DNA of 32,000 bases from Clostridia bacterium (GTDB lineage Bacteria; Bacillota; Clostridia; RUG12999), in contig JAZSKI010000024.1 of the NCBI GenBank assembly GCA_045534775.1, positions 17,066 to 49,065 on the forward strand. The letters run 5' to 3'. The number at the start of each line of letters is the position of its first letter. The first letter of the stretch is position 1. Under the pieces are notes generated by a model. The model searched no databases, had not been told where the DNA came from, and worked only from the letters and a program-made list of their open reading frames with translations. Position numbers and translations under genes: made by a program. Of the stretch, positions 1 to 9,128 are shown in pieces.

Positions 1-144
1 CTGCCTGTTTGCAAAACCGGCTTCACAAAAGGCTGTATTGACAAATCAGCTGAGATGGTAATGTGAGTTTGGCAGGGTATGAGGATATGATATAGCAAGG
101 CCGCACCTCTTCTTGCACTTTCAAAAACACTTGAGCGAGGCGTT

Positions 145-180
145 AAAAGGGTGAATTTCCGCAGGAAAATCCACCCTTTT
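145..180 (-). terminator. Rho-independent terminator downstream of the LemA/TPM genes (symmetric, possibly bidirectional)
   Basis: Hairpin GGGTGAATTTCC (149-160) / GGAAAATCCACCC (164-176) with a 3-nt loop. It is flanked by AAAA (145-148) and TTTT (177-180) and lies 13 nt beyond the TPM stop codon (193-195). Confidence 0.6.
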
Positions 181-192
181 ATTTCACATTCA

Positions 193-912
193 TCAAAACC
201 CTCTTGATGCGCCTCCGCCGCCGCTTCTGCCGCCTCCGCCGGAGAATCCTCCGCCGGAAAAACCACCGCCGCCGCTTCTGCCGCCGAAGCCACCGAAGCC
301 GCCGTAGTAACCGCCGCGGTATCCGCCGTAGCCACCTCTTCCTTTTTTGTTGGTATTTAATATAATTATGAGTATGATAAATATTATCACAACAATCATA
401 TCGCCCATACCGTCATCGGTTTCTTCCCCGGCGTACGCTTCCGGGTTTCCTATAGCTTCTAAAATACCCTTATAGAGATTTAAAATGCCCTCGTCAAAAT
501 TATTGGCTCTCAGACTTTCCATAGCTTCCGCATCAATAATTCTGCCGACCTTGGCATCGTTTAAAATTCCTTCCAGCCCATAGCCTACCTCTACACGCAC
601 CTGTCTGTCACCTGTTGAAAGAACAATCAAAACACCGTTATCCTCTTTTTCACTGCCTATGCCCCAGCTACTGAACATATTATAGGCATACATTTCAATA
701 TCCATACCTTCGAGGCTTTCGACGACAGCGACTACTATCTGAGTGCCGTTTCCCTTATCATATTCAGCACTTTTGCTGTTGATATAACTTTCCGTTCCGG
801 GAGAAAGCACCCCTGCGAAATCATTGGCATAGCTTCCCGTATGCTCAGGAATTGCCGATACTGAAATGGTAAGACAAAAGACTGCAATCACAAAACATAT
901 CAGCTTTTTCAT
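193..912 (-). CDS. TPM (DUF477/YgcG-like) domain protein with signal peptide, one TM helix and a Gly/Arg/Tyr/Phe-rich C-terminal tail
   Basis: The ORF track gives 193..930, which starts at TTG. I prefer ATG 912-910, which has AGGAA 7 nt upstream and lies 4 nt after the LemA stop. N-terminal signal sequence MKKLICFVIAVFCLTISVSA, TPM-type core (YANDFAGVLS...IVVAVVESL...GVLIVLS...RVEVGYGLEG), TM IVVIIFIILIIIL, then a ~50-aa GGY/GGF/RSGGGG tail. Confidence 0.85.
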   Translation of the reverse strand: MKKLICFVIAVFCLTISVSAIPEHTGSYANDFAGVLSPGTESYINSKSAEYDKGNGTQIVVAVVESLEGMDIEMYAYNMFSSWGIGSEKEDNGVLIVLSTGDRQVRVEVGYGLEGILNDAKVGRIIDAEAMESLRANNFDEGILNLYKGILEAIGNPEAYAGEETDDGMGDMIVVIIFIILIIILNTNKKGRGGYGGYRGGYYGGFGGFGGRSGGGGFSGGGFSGGGGRSGGGGASRGF

Positions 913-916
913 TACA

Positions 917-1489
917 TTATTCCTGTTCAAAGCTTACGCTCGGTGCGTTTTGCGCCCCTTCGGTCGCTTCAAAATAGCTCATCTGCTCAAGCCCGAAGAA
1001 GCCTGCCATTATATTTCTCGGGAAGGATTTTATCATTTTGTTATAACTGCCTACGGCATCGTTATATTCCCTTCTTGCTACGGCAATACGGTTTTCCGTA
1101 CCTGCCAGCTCGTCCTGGAGCGCTATAAAATTCTGATTGGTTTTAATGTCGGGATAATTTTCCACAACCACCATAAGTCTTGAAAGTGCCGTTTCCAGCT
1201 CACCTGCCGCTTCAATTTTTTCGGCGGTATTTCCCGCGCCTACGTATTTTGCACGGGCTTCGGTTACGGAATTTATTATTTCCTGTTCGTGGTTCATAGC
1301 ACCTTTGACGGTTTCAATTAAATTAGGAATTAAATCCGCACGTCTTTGAAGCTGAGTATCAATATTATAAAACGCCTGCTCAGCTTCCGTCTGTGCCGCT
1401 ATCATTCCGTTATAGGATGAACCGAAAAGTGCCACTATCGCCACAACCGCGGCTATTATTACGCCTATTGTAATCCATATTTTTTTCAA
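917..1489 (-). CDS. lemA: LemA family protein
   Basis: 190 aa with an N-terminal TM helix and LemA-type motifs (NYPDIKTNQNFIALQDELAGTENRIAVARREYNDAV..YN). TTG start at 1489 with AGGAGG 7 nt upstream. Confidence 0.9.
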   Translation of the reverse strand: MKKIWITIGVIIAAVVAIVALFGSSYNGMIAAQTEAEQAFYNIDTQLQRRADLIPNLIETVKGAMNHEQEIINSVTEARAKYVGAGNTAEKIEAAGELETALSRLMVVVENYPDIKTNQNFIALQDELAGTENRIAVARREYNDAVGSYNKMIKSFPRNIMAGFFGLEQMSYFEATEGAQNAPSVSFEQE

Positions 1490-1516
1490 TTTATCGCCTC
1501 CTGAATATAAATATCT

Positions 1517-2905
1517 TTACGCTTCTTTTGCGGGGTCTGCCGCAAAGGCTTCCAGCTTTTGAAGCATTGCCGCTACGTTCTTTTTGAGTATGACATATTC
1601 GCGGACACCGTTTTTATTTAACACATAGTTTCTCTCGTCATAGCTTATATAATCGCACACAAGCTCTGAGCCGTCCTTATAGCTGAATACTATGCTGTAT
1701 TCCGCAGGTCCCGAAGCTGTTCTGCCGTCAGCAAAGCCGTTGCAGCAAAGACCGATTACCTCCTGGTATGCCCGTCTGAAAGCAGTATCATTGGCAGTTG
1801 CACCGTTACAGAAGAATTTTTCGTTACCTTCTTCTCCTTCCATAGTCAGCACAATGCTTTTGCCTTTTCCCGATACGGTTACACCTTTAAGCAGGTCTAT
1901 ATCTATTATATGACAGAATTTTTCTACAAGGCTTAAGGTATCGACCTTAGCCAAGGTATCGTACATCAGGGGGTCCTGAATAAATACGCTGTCTGTTCCG
2001 CCTATATTTGCATAAACCCTTCCATCGTCGTTCTTTTTGCCGTAGTTTACTGCATAAGCGCCGTTTGCATCAACAATTTCAAGAGTTAAAACGGGAACGT
2101 CAAGCCCGTATTCGCCGAATTCTGACCTGTCGTCACAGACGAAATCCAGGGCTGTAACCGTCTGCAGATTCTCAAAGATTTTGCCTAAGTAATCGAGGCT
2201 TACGGCAACCTTTTTAGGTTCTGTCATAACGAGGGTTGTGTTCATTGAGATTTTACTTGCTTCCGCCTCGTCCATATTTATAATATTCGCCACAACTCCG
2301 TCTTTGTTTGAGATTTTAAACCTTTCAAGGCTTTGCCGGTCAAAGGTTATAAGATTTTTGTCACGGAAATCATTAGCGGCGACTTCAAGCGCCAGTGCAT
2401 AGTTATCCGTTGTGGTATATATTATATCATTTATCTTTATAAAATATCCGTTGTCGCCGACTATCTCGTTGCCAAGCTTCAGATTATAGACTGTGCCGTC
2501 CTTCAGCTTCAGCACCGCTTCTGCCGCAGGTACATCAAGCCCGCACTTTTCATCTGTCATATTTTCGAGCTTGCTTCTAACATAGAAATTTGTGAAGCTA
2601 AGGAGTGAATTTTCTATAGCATTACTCGAATATTCCACGTTTCTGCCCTGAACAGTCCATTCCTCGCCGCTCGCCACAACAGTAAACTCATCCTTATCAT
2701 TTTTTATGTAAAGACTTTCAATATCCGAGCTGTCACATTTTATTGCATATTCGCTTGCCGAGCTGGTCTCTTCCTTCTGTGTGTCGGGAGTTTCCTCGGT
2801 TTTTTCAGGGATTTTAAGCACCAGCAGGTACGCACCCGCCAGCAGGGCAAGAGCAAGCACACCGAGAATAATGTTACGTACGAGTCTGTCCTTCAGCCAC
2901 ATCAT
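1517..2905 (-). CDS. DUF4340 domain protein (accessory component of the GldG-type ABC module)
   Basis: 462 aa with a single N-terminal TM helix and a beta-rich body. Its ATG overlaps the upstream stop (ATGA, 2902-2905). Position after a GldG-like gene is the usual DUF4340 context. The family call is from memory of architecture, not from a search. Confidence 0.7.
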   Translation of the reverse strand: MMWLKDRLVRNIILGVLALALLAGAYLLVLKIPEKTEETPDTQKEETSSASEYAIKCDSSDIESLYIKNDKDEFTVVASGEEWTVQGRNVEYSSNAIENSLLSFTNFYVRSKLENMTDEKCGLDVPAAEAVLKLKDGTVYNLKLGNEIVGDNGYFIKINDIIYTTTDNYALALEVAANDFRDKNLITFDRQSLERFKISNKDGVVANIINMDEAEASKISMNTTLVMTEPKKVAVSLDYLGKIFENLQTVTALDFVCDDRSEFGEYGLDVPVLTLEIVDANGAYAVNYGKKNDDGRVYANIGGTDSVFIQDPLMYDTLAKVDTLSLVEKFCHIIDIDLLKGVTVSGKGKSIVLTMEGEEGNEKFFCNGATANDTAFRRAYQEVIGLCCNGFADGRTASGPAEYSIVFSYKDGSELVCDYISYDERNYVLNKNGVREYVILKKNVAAMLQKLEAFAADPAKEA

Positions 2906-4308
2906 AAGTATCTCCTCCTGAGCCAGATTACAAGTCCTGCTATGAGAATTATAAGAGGCATAATAATTACGAGACCGTAGTACATAATCGTAACAGTTGT
3001 ATTGGTAAGCTTAGTGATTTTGCCTTCGGTTATTACCTTAGGTGCTATTCTCAGATTGGTCTGGTTGTTGGTAAGCCAGGTTATAGCTCCCGTTACAAAA
3101 GACATATTGGCTTTACTGCCCGTCATTTCTTCGGGAAGCTCCAGAGCCGTATGACTGCCTATTACCATCAGACGTGAGGTTTTGGGGTTGGTTTTTTCCG
3201 ATATCATGGCAAGGCTCAGCGGACCTGTCAAATCCCCTTCCTCAAGGTCCATACTCTGAGATTCGATATTTTTCTTACCGATTGCCTTCGCCGTTGTGGT
3301 TATTATCGGCGTAACCGTTGCTCGCTGAGTATTGCTGTCAATCATATTAAAGCTGGAGGAACCGTAGAAAATAAGCGGTAACTTCTGGCTTATAATTGTA
3401 TTGTTGATTTCGTGGTTTGCCGTATTGGGAATCATAATAACAGGACTTTGCATAATTCTGCTTTCATCTTTTTCGAGAACCAAATCATAGTTCGGAATTA
3501 CGCCCCATTCGGCAAGATAGCTGTCAAATCTCGGCAGAGGTACCATACCCGGTGTATATACCACCAGCATATTTCCGCCGTTATCCATAAATTTATCAAT
3601 TTTCTCGCATTCCTCCATAGAGAAATCGCCTGTGGGAGTAATAGCGATAAGAAGCTTTGCATCAGCGGGAATATCGTTGTTTACAATATTTACCACCTCG
3701 TTTTTATAGCCCATAGTATCAAGGGTTGCGGTAAGTGCATCCGAATCGTTTTCTCCGTGACCTGTCAGGAAATAAACTGCCGATTCTTCCATCATACCGC
3801 TTACTGTTACAAGAGAATTGGTGAGCTTTGTTTCCAGCTCAAAGTTATAGTTTTCTTCGTCATCGCTGAAGGAAACGCCTGCGGTATATATTGAAGCTGC
3901 GGGAACGATTTTATATTTCTCGCCACACTCCAATATAATGTCGCCTGCCGCAATATTTTCGCCCTTTACCTGATAGCTGTAAAGCATAGTCTGGTTTTCA
4001 TATACATCAATATATTCAACCTTGAAATAAGGGCTCATATTTTCATATTTTTTCATATATTCCCTGGTTATGGGAGAAATGTTTTCTTCTGTTGAAAGAA
4101 CGCTTACCTTAACCTCTTTATCCAGCCTTTTCATTACGTCCTTTGTTTCCTGTGATATGTCGTACTGCTGAGCCGCAGTCATATCAATTTTCAGCGGAAG
4201 CTTGTCCGTCAGGGCTGAAACGATTACATTTACCATTATCACGGCTGCCACAACCACAAGGGTAACAATCCACGAATTAAGCCTGTATTTTATGTTTGAA
4301 CTTTTCAT
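2902..4308 (-). CDS. gldG: GldG-like ABC transporter auxiliary protein (ABC-type uncharacterized transport system)
   Basis: 468 aa with TM helices at both termini (WIVTLVVVAAVIMVNVIV... and YYGLVIIMPLIILIAGLVIWL) and a large extracytoplasmic body. AAGGAGG RBS. It follows ABC-2 permease and ATPase genes. Confidence 0.75.
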   Translation of the reverse strand: MKSSNIKYRLNSWIVTLVVVAAVIMVNVIVSALTDKLPLKIDMTAAQQYDISQETKDVMKRLDKEVKVSVLSTEENISPITREYMKKYENMSPYFKVEYIDVYENQTMLYSYQVKGENIAAGDIILECGEKYKIVPAASIYTAGVSFSDDEENYNFELETKLTNSLVTVSGMMEESAVYFLTGHGENDSDALTATLDTMGYKNEVVNIVNNDIPADAKLLIAITPTGDFSMEECEKIDKFMDNGGNMLVVYTPGMVPLPRFDSYLAEWGVIPNYDLVLEKDESRIMQSPVIMIPNTANHEINNTIISQKLPLIFYGSSSFNMIDSNTQRATVTPIITTTAKAIGKKNIESQSMDLEEGDLTGPLSLAMISEKTNPKTSRLMVIGSHTALELPEEMTGSKANMSFVTGAITWLTNNQTNLRIAPKVITEGKITKLTNTTVTIMYYGLVIIMPLIILIAGLVIWLRRRYL

Positions 4309-4322
4309 GTTTCTTTACCTCC

Positions 4323-5027
4323 TTAGCTGTAGCGTCTTTTTTCTATGTTGCGTGTAGTTAAGAACAGCATTACAAAAATAAAGCTGAAATAATACACTAT
4401 ATTGGACAGATTAAGCAGACCGATACGGAAATCCGTATATCTTGCGAATACCGAGAACCAATTTATCACACTTTTTACAACGGGCTGTGTGATAGATGCT
4501 GTCCAGCTGTCCATAAAATAAATTGCAAACAGTACCATAAAGGTCACAATAGCTGATATCACCTGGCTTTCCGTAAGAGATGATATAAATACTCCTATCG
4601 CAATGAATACCGCCCAAATCAGTACAAAACCGATATATGCACCGATAACCTCGCTTAAGATAGGCTTTCCTATGATAAACAGAATTACGGGATAAATCAG
4701 GGAAACTGCCAGCGTTATGGCAAAAACAGACAGCGCCGCCAGATATTTCCCCAGCACAATTTCCGATATATTAACCGGTGACGTTATAAGGAGCTGGTCT
4801 GTTTTCTTGTTTCGTTCTTCGGAGAAAAGCTGCATGGTAAGTACAGGTACTATAAACAGACATATTACGTTTATGTTAGCTAAAATATAATCCACGTTGG
4901 CTACCTGATAGTATGTAATACTGCTGATGAAGAACATAGCAGCAAGTGCCAGAAAGGGACTCATAAAAATATAGCCTATAGGTGTTAAAAAATAATTTCT
5001 TATTTCTTTTCTGAAAATTGCGTACAT
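4323..5027 (-). CDS. ABC-2 type transporter permease (GldF-like)
   Basis: 234 aa, about six hydrophobic helices. The start ATG shares one base with the ATPase stop (TAATG at 5025-5029). Confidence 0.85.
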   Translation of the reverse strand: MYAIFRKEIRNYFLTPIGYIFMSPFLALAAMFFISSITYYQVANVDYILANINVICLFIVPVLTMQLFSEERNKKTDQLLITSPVNISEIVLGKYLAALSVFAITLAVSLIYPVILFIIGKPILSEVIGAYIGFVLIWAVFIAIGVFISSLTESQVISAIVTFMVLFAIYFMDSWTASITQPVVKSVINWFSVFARYTDFRIGLLNLSNIVYYFSFIFVMLFLTTRNIEKRRYS

Positions 5028-6040
5028 TACTGCTCAGTCTCCTCACTTTGAATTTCTTTGGCTGTTTCGGTCACCATCTCACCGCATTCTTCCTCGTCAT
5101 CAACCGTATGCTCGGCGGTTACGCTGATGAATATTTCCTCTAAGGTCTTTTCCATAGCTTTTATCATAAGAAGGGGTATTTGCTTTGCCGCAAAGAGATT
5201 AAACAAATCATTTCTTATATCCTCTCCGTCCTGGGCTTCTATCAGCACATCAACGGTGCCCTCCTCTTTTTCGCCCAATACGGAAATTGTTTTAAGATTC
5301 TGCAAATCGGCAAGGATATTTTTAACTCTGTATTCGTCGCAAGCGGCACGAATCTGAAATCTTCCGCTTATACCACTGCCTGACAGGTTTTCGATGGTAT
5401 CCATAGCCACAATTTTACCGCGGTTTATAATTACAACGCGGTCACAGACTGCCGTTACCTCCTGCAGGATATGGGTACTGAGTATAATAGTACGTTTTTT
5501 ACCTAGAGCTTTTATAACATTTCTGATTTCGATTATCTGTCTCGGGTCAAGACCTACCGTAGGCTCGTCCAGCACCAGCACCTCAGGGTCGCCTACAAGC
5601 GCCTGTGCAAGACCCACTCTTTGTTTATAGCCTTTTGACAGGTTTTTAATGAGCCTGCCTTTTACGGTATCAACGCCTACCGTTTCCATAACCTCTTTCA
5701 GGTGAGCCTTCCTCGGCAAAGTGGTTTTCTTAAGGTCATAAACGAAATCCAGGTATTCCTCTACCGTCATATCAAAATAAAGCGGCGGAAGCTCGGGCAA
5801 ATATCCGATTTTGGCTTTTGCCTCGTTGGGTTTTTCCAGAATATCAAAGCCGCAAACAGATATATTTCCGCTTGTGGAGGAAATATATCCCGTTAAAATA
5901 TTCATAGTTGTAGATTTTCCCGCACCGTTTGGTCCTAAAAACCCAAGAATCTCACCTTGTTTTACGTCAAATGAAATATCGTTTACGGCTTTGCTTGAGC
6001 CGTATTTTTTCGTCAGATTTTTAATCTCAATTACATTCAT
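5027..6040 (-). CDS. ABC transporter ATP-binding protein (GldA-like) with an acidic C-terminal extension
   Basis: Walker A GPNGAGKST, signature LSKGYKQR, Walker B LVLDEP. The ORF track starts at TTG 6064. I prefer ATG 6040 (MNVIEIKNL...) with AGGGAG 9 nt upstream. That start lies 14 nt inside the end of aspS. Confidence 0.9.
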   Translation of the reverse strand: MNVIEIKNLTKKYGSSKAVNDISFDVKQGEILGFLGPNGAGKSTTMNILTGYISSTSGNISVCGFDILEKPNEAKAKIGYLPELPPLYFDMTVEEYLDFVYDLKKTTLPRKAHLKEVMETVGVDTVKGRLIKNLSKGYKQRVGLAQALVGDPEVLVLDEPTVGLDPRQIIEIRNVIKALGKKRTIILSTHILQEVTAVCDRVVIINRGKIVAMDTIENLSGSGISGRFQIRAACDEYRVKNILADLQNLKTISVLGEKEEGTVDVLIEAQDGEDIRNDLFNLFAAKQIPLLMIKAMEKTLEEIFISVTAEHTVDDEEECGEMVTETAKEIQSEETEQ

Positions 6041-7823
6041 TGCTTTCTTCTCCCTGCAAATCAATTTTTATCGAAAGCTCTGTGAGCTGCGTAGCATCTA
6101 CTACATCAGGAGCATTGGTCATAAGCTCGGATGCGTTTTGTACCTTGGGGAAGGCTATTACGTCACGGATAGAATCCTTACCCAGGAGCAACATTACAAA
6201 ACGGTCAAGTCCGTATGCCATACCGCCGTGGGGAGGTGTGCCGTATTTAAAGGCTTCCATTAAAAATCCAAATCTCTGCCAAGCCTGTTCTTTTGTAAAG
6301 CCTAAGGCTTCAAACATCTTCTGCTGAAGGGAGGAATCATAAATTCTTATACTGCCGCCGCCCAGCTCAACGCCGTTTAATACTATATCATAAGCCTTTG
6401 CACGTGCTTTTGCGGGGTCTTTCGTCATCAGCTCTATATCCTCGTCCATAGGTGAGGTGAAGGGATGATGCTTTGCCACATAACGGTCCTCCTCCTCGCT
6501 GTATTCAAAGAGGGGAAATTCCGTTACCCAAAGGAGGTTGTACTGATTTTTATCAAGCATATCAAATTTCTTTGCCAGATGTAATCTGAGTGCACCCAGG
6601 GCATCATATACAACGCTGTCTTTGTCGGATACTATAAATATTGCATCGCCTGTTTTGGCGTTAGTTTTTGCATAAATTGCTTCCAGCTCTTCTTCCTTAA
6701 GGAATTTCGCAACGGAGGATTTAACGCCCTCTTCGGTTTTTACTATCCACGCAAGTCCTTTTGCACGATAAGTTTTCACGAATTCGCCCAGAGCATCTAT
6801 TTCTTTTCTTGAAAGCTTGGCTCCGAGACCTTCTGCGTTAATGGCACGAACGCTACCGCCGTTTCTGAGATTATCGGAAAATACCTTAAATTCGCTGTCT
6901 TTCAGCACATCAGACAGGTCCACAAGCTCCATAGCGAATCTTGTATCGGGTTTGTCGCTGCCGAATCTGTCCATAGCTTCTTTATAAGGCATTTTCGGCA
7001 AGGGAAGCTGAATATCCACGTCAAGCATTTCCTTAAAAACCCGCTGAATAAACCGTTCATTCAGTTCCATTACGTCCTCAGCACTTACAAAGGACATTTC
7101 AAGGTCAATCTGAGTAAATTCAGGTTGTCTGTCCGCACGCAAATCCTCGTCACGGAAGCATTTTACTATCTGCACATATCTGTCATAGCCCGACAGCATA
7201 AGTAGCTGTTTATACATCTGCGGTGACTGGGGCAGAGCATAAAAGTTACCCGGATGCACACGGCTGGGTACAAGATAATCTCTCGCACCTTCGGGTGTGC
7301 TTTTAACCAGCATGGGAGTTTCTATTTCCAAAAATCCGTTTTCGTCATAAAAATCACGGGCTATTTTAGTTACACGGTGACGTGCTTTCATAGCATTTTG
7401 CAAATCGGGTCGGCGAAGGTCCAGATAACGGTATTTAAGTCTTGTTTCTTCCTTTACGCTTGAGTTTTCTTCTATCTGCACAGGCAGAGCCTCCGATTTA
7501 TTTAATATACGAAGCTCAGTGATTTCAATTTCAATTTCGCCCGTTTTCAGGTTGGGGTTTACTGCGCCGCTCCTTTTGCGTACCGTACCCACCGCCGCCA
7601 AAACGTATTCAAGATGGACGCTTTTTGCCTTTTCGAGTATCTCCTCCGAGGTTTCGGCTACCAGCTGTACTATACCCGTAATGTCACGCAAATCAATGAA
7701 CACCAGACTGCCAATGTCACGCACCTTACCTGCCCAGCCCATAAGAGTTACGGTTTTGCCTATATCCGCCGCCGTCAGCGTTCCGCACATATTTGTACGT
7801 TTCAGTCCCTGTAATGTTTCCAC
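6027..7823 (-). CDS. aspS: Aspartate--tRNA ligase
   Basis: 598 aa, bacterial-type AspRS: N-terminal OB anticodon-binding domain, FRDEDLRADRQPEFTQID motif 2 region, GGGSIRI, and C-terminal GLDR motif 3. GTG start at 7823. Confidence 0.97.
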   Translation of the reverse strand: METLQGLKRTNMCGTLTAADIGKTVTLMGWAGKVRDIGSLVFIDLRDITGIVQLVAETSEEILEKAKSVHLEYVLAAVGTVRKRSGAVNPNLKTGEIEIEITELRILNKSEALPVQIEENSSVKEETRLKYRYLDLRRPDLQNAMKARHRVTKIARDFYDENGFLEIETPMLVKSTPEGARDYLVPSRVHPGNFYALPQSPQMYKQLLMLSGYDRYVQIVKCFRDEDLRADRQPEFTQIDLEMSFVSAEDVMELNERFIQRVFKEMLDVDIQLPLPKMPYKEAMDRFGSDKPDTRFAMELVDLSDVLKDSEFKVFSDNLRNGGSVRAINAEGLGAKLSRKEIDALGEFVKTYRAKGLAWIVKTEEGVKSSVAKFLKEEELEAIYAKTNAKTGDAIFIVSDKDSVVYDALGALRLHLAKKFDMLDKNQYNLLWVTEFPLFEYSEEEDRYVAKHHPFTSPMDEDIELMTKDPAKARAKAYDIVLNGVELGGGSIRIYDSSLQQKMFEALGFTKEQAWQRFGFLMEAFKYGTPPHGGMAYGLDRFVMLLLGKDSIRDVIAFPKVQNASELMTNAPDVVDATQLTELSIKIDLQGEESNECN

Positions 7824-7838
7824 TCAATATCAATCCTT

Positions 7839-9092
7839 TCAGTTTAAATGATTTTTCAAATCCTTTATTTCAACCTCGGTGCTTTCGCCCGTTTCCATAT
7901 TTTTCAGCATACATTTCCCGCTTTCGATTTCGTTATCACCCAAGGCAGTAGTATATTTCGCACCTATTTTATTTGCATATTTCATCTGTGCCTTAAGGCT
8001 TCTGCCCATACAGTCCCGTTGCACCGAAATACCTTCTTTTCGCATATCATAGACTAATTTTATGCCATAGCTTCTCGCCTTTTCGCCAAGCTCACAGATA
8101 AACAAATCAGGTGCCGAATTTTCGGTAAATTCGCGATTTTGTGCTTCAAGGCACAGAATAAGCCGTTCCAGACCCAGACCGAAGCCTATACCCGGAGTTG
8201 GCTTGCCGCCAAGCTGTTCTACCAGCCCGTCATACCTGCCGCCGCCGCAGACCGTACTTTGAGCTCCCAAATCCGTAGATTTAATTTCAAATACGGTTTT
8301 GGTGTAATAGTCAAGTCCACGTACAATTCCTTCGTCTATATTATATTTAATTCCCATAGTATCGAGGTTTGTCCTGAGTCCTTCAAAATGGTCCCTGCAT
8401 TCATCGCAGATATAATCCAGAAGCACAGGGGCATCCTTTACCGCATCCTTACATTCCTGTTCTTTACAGTCAAGTATTCTCATAGGATTTTTATCAAACC
8501 TGGTCTTGCAGGTATAGCAAAGCCTGTCCAGCTTCTCATTTAAGAACTGTTTGAGTTCTTCGTTATATTTTTTTCTGCATACGGGACAGCCGATGGAATT
8601 TATATTCACCGTAAAGTTTTTAAGTCCTATCCTTTGGAGGAAGGTCACTACAAGGGAAATTACCTCTGCATCAAGGCTGTTGTCACTGCTTCCGAAGGCT
8701 TCAATTCCAAACTGTCTGAATTCTCTGTATCTGCCCGCCTGAGGTTTTTCGTTGCGGTAACAGGATATCATATAGTACAGCTTCACGGGAAGAGCGTTTT
8801 CAAGCAGATTATGCTCCAAGACACTTCTTACAACTCCCGCCGTACCTTCGGGGCGGAGAGTTATGCTTCTGCCGCCCTTATCCTCAAAGGTGTACATTTC
8901 CTTTTGTACCACATCGGTGGTATCGCCTACGCCTCTTTGGAACAGATTTGTATATTCAAATACAGGTATTCTTATTTCTTCATAACCGAAGTTTTTGCAA
9001 ATATCTCTGATTATCCCTTCGATATACTGCCATTTTGCCGCATCCTGCGGTAAAATATCATAGGTTCCTTTAAGTGCTTGAATTTTCTCCAA
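7839..9092 (-). CDS. hisS: Histidine--tRNA ligase
   Basis: 417 aa, class II HisRS motifs (LRPEGTA, YRNEKPQAGRYREFRQFG, GGGRYDGL). TTG start with AGGAG 6 nt upstream. Confidence 0.97.
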   Translation of the reverse strand: MEKIQALKGTYDILPQDAAKWQYIEGIIRDICKNFGYEEIRIPVFEYTNLFQRGVGDTTDVVQKEMYTFEDKGGRSITLRPEGTAGVVRSVLEHNLLENALPVKLYYMISCYRNEKPQAGRYREFRQFGIEAFGSSDNSLDAEVISLVVTFLQRIGLKNFTVNINSIGCPVCRKKYNEELKQFLNEKLDRLCYTCKTRFDKNPMRILDCKEQECKDAVKDAPVLLDYICDECRDHFEGLRTNLDTMGIKYNIDEGIVRGLDYYTKTVFEIKSTDLGAQSTVCGGGRYDGLVEQLGGKPTPGIGFGLGLERLILCLEAQNREFTENSAPDLFICELGEKARSYGIKLVYDMRKEGISVQRDCMGRSLKAQMKYANKIGAKYTTALGDNEIESGKCMLKNMETGESTEVEIKDLKNHLN

Positions 9093-9128
9093 TTTTTTCT
9101 CCTGCCTTTATAAAATAATCTGCAAAGC

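Noticed and set aside
1-66. Possible 3' end of a plus-strand CDS entering from the left (...LPVCKTGFTKGCIDKSAEMVM*, stop at 64-66), consistent with the symmetric terminator at 145-180.
   Set aside because: Only 21 codons are visible. There is no recognisable motif, and the other frames are equally uninformative, so it cannot be supported from this window.
199-340. CCGCC-rich repetitive tract, considered as a possible DNA-level repeat array.
   Set aside because: It is in frame and simply encodes the Gly-rich C-terminal tail of the TPM protein. There are no spacers or regular periodicity like a CRISPR array.
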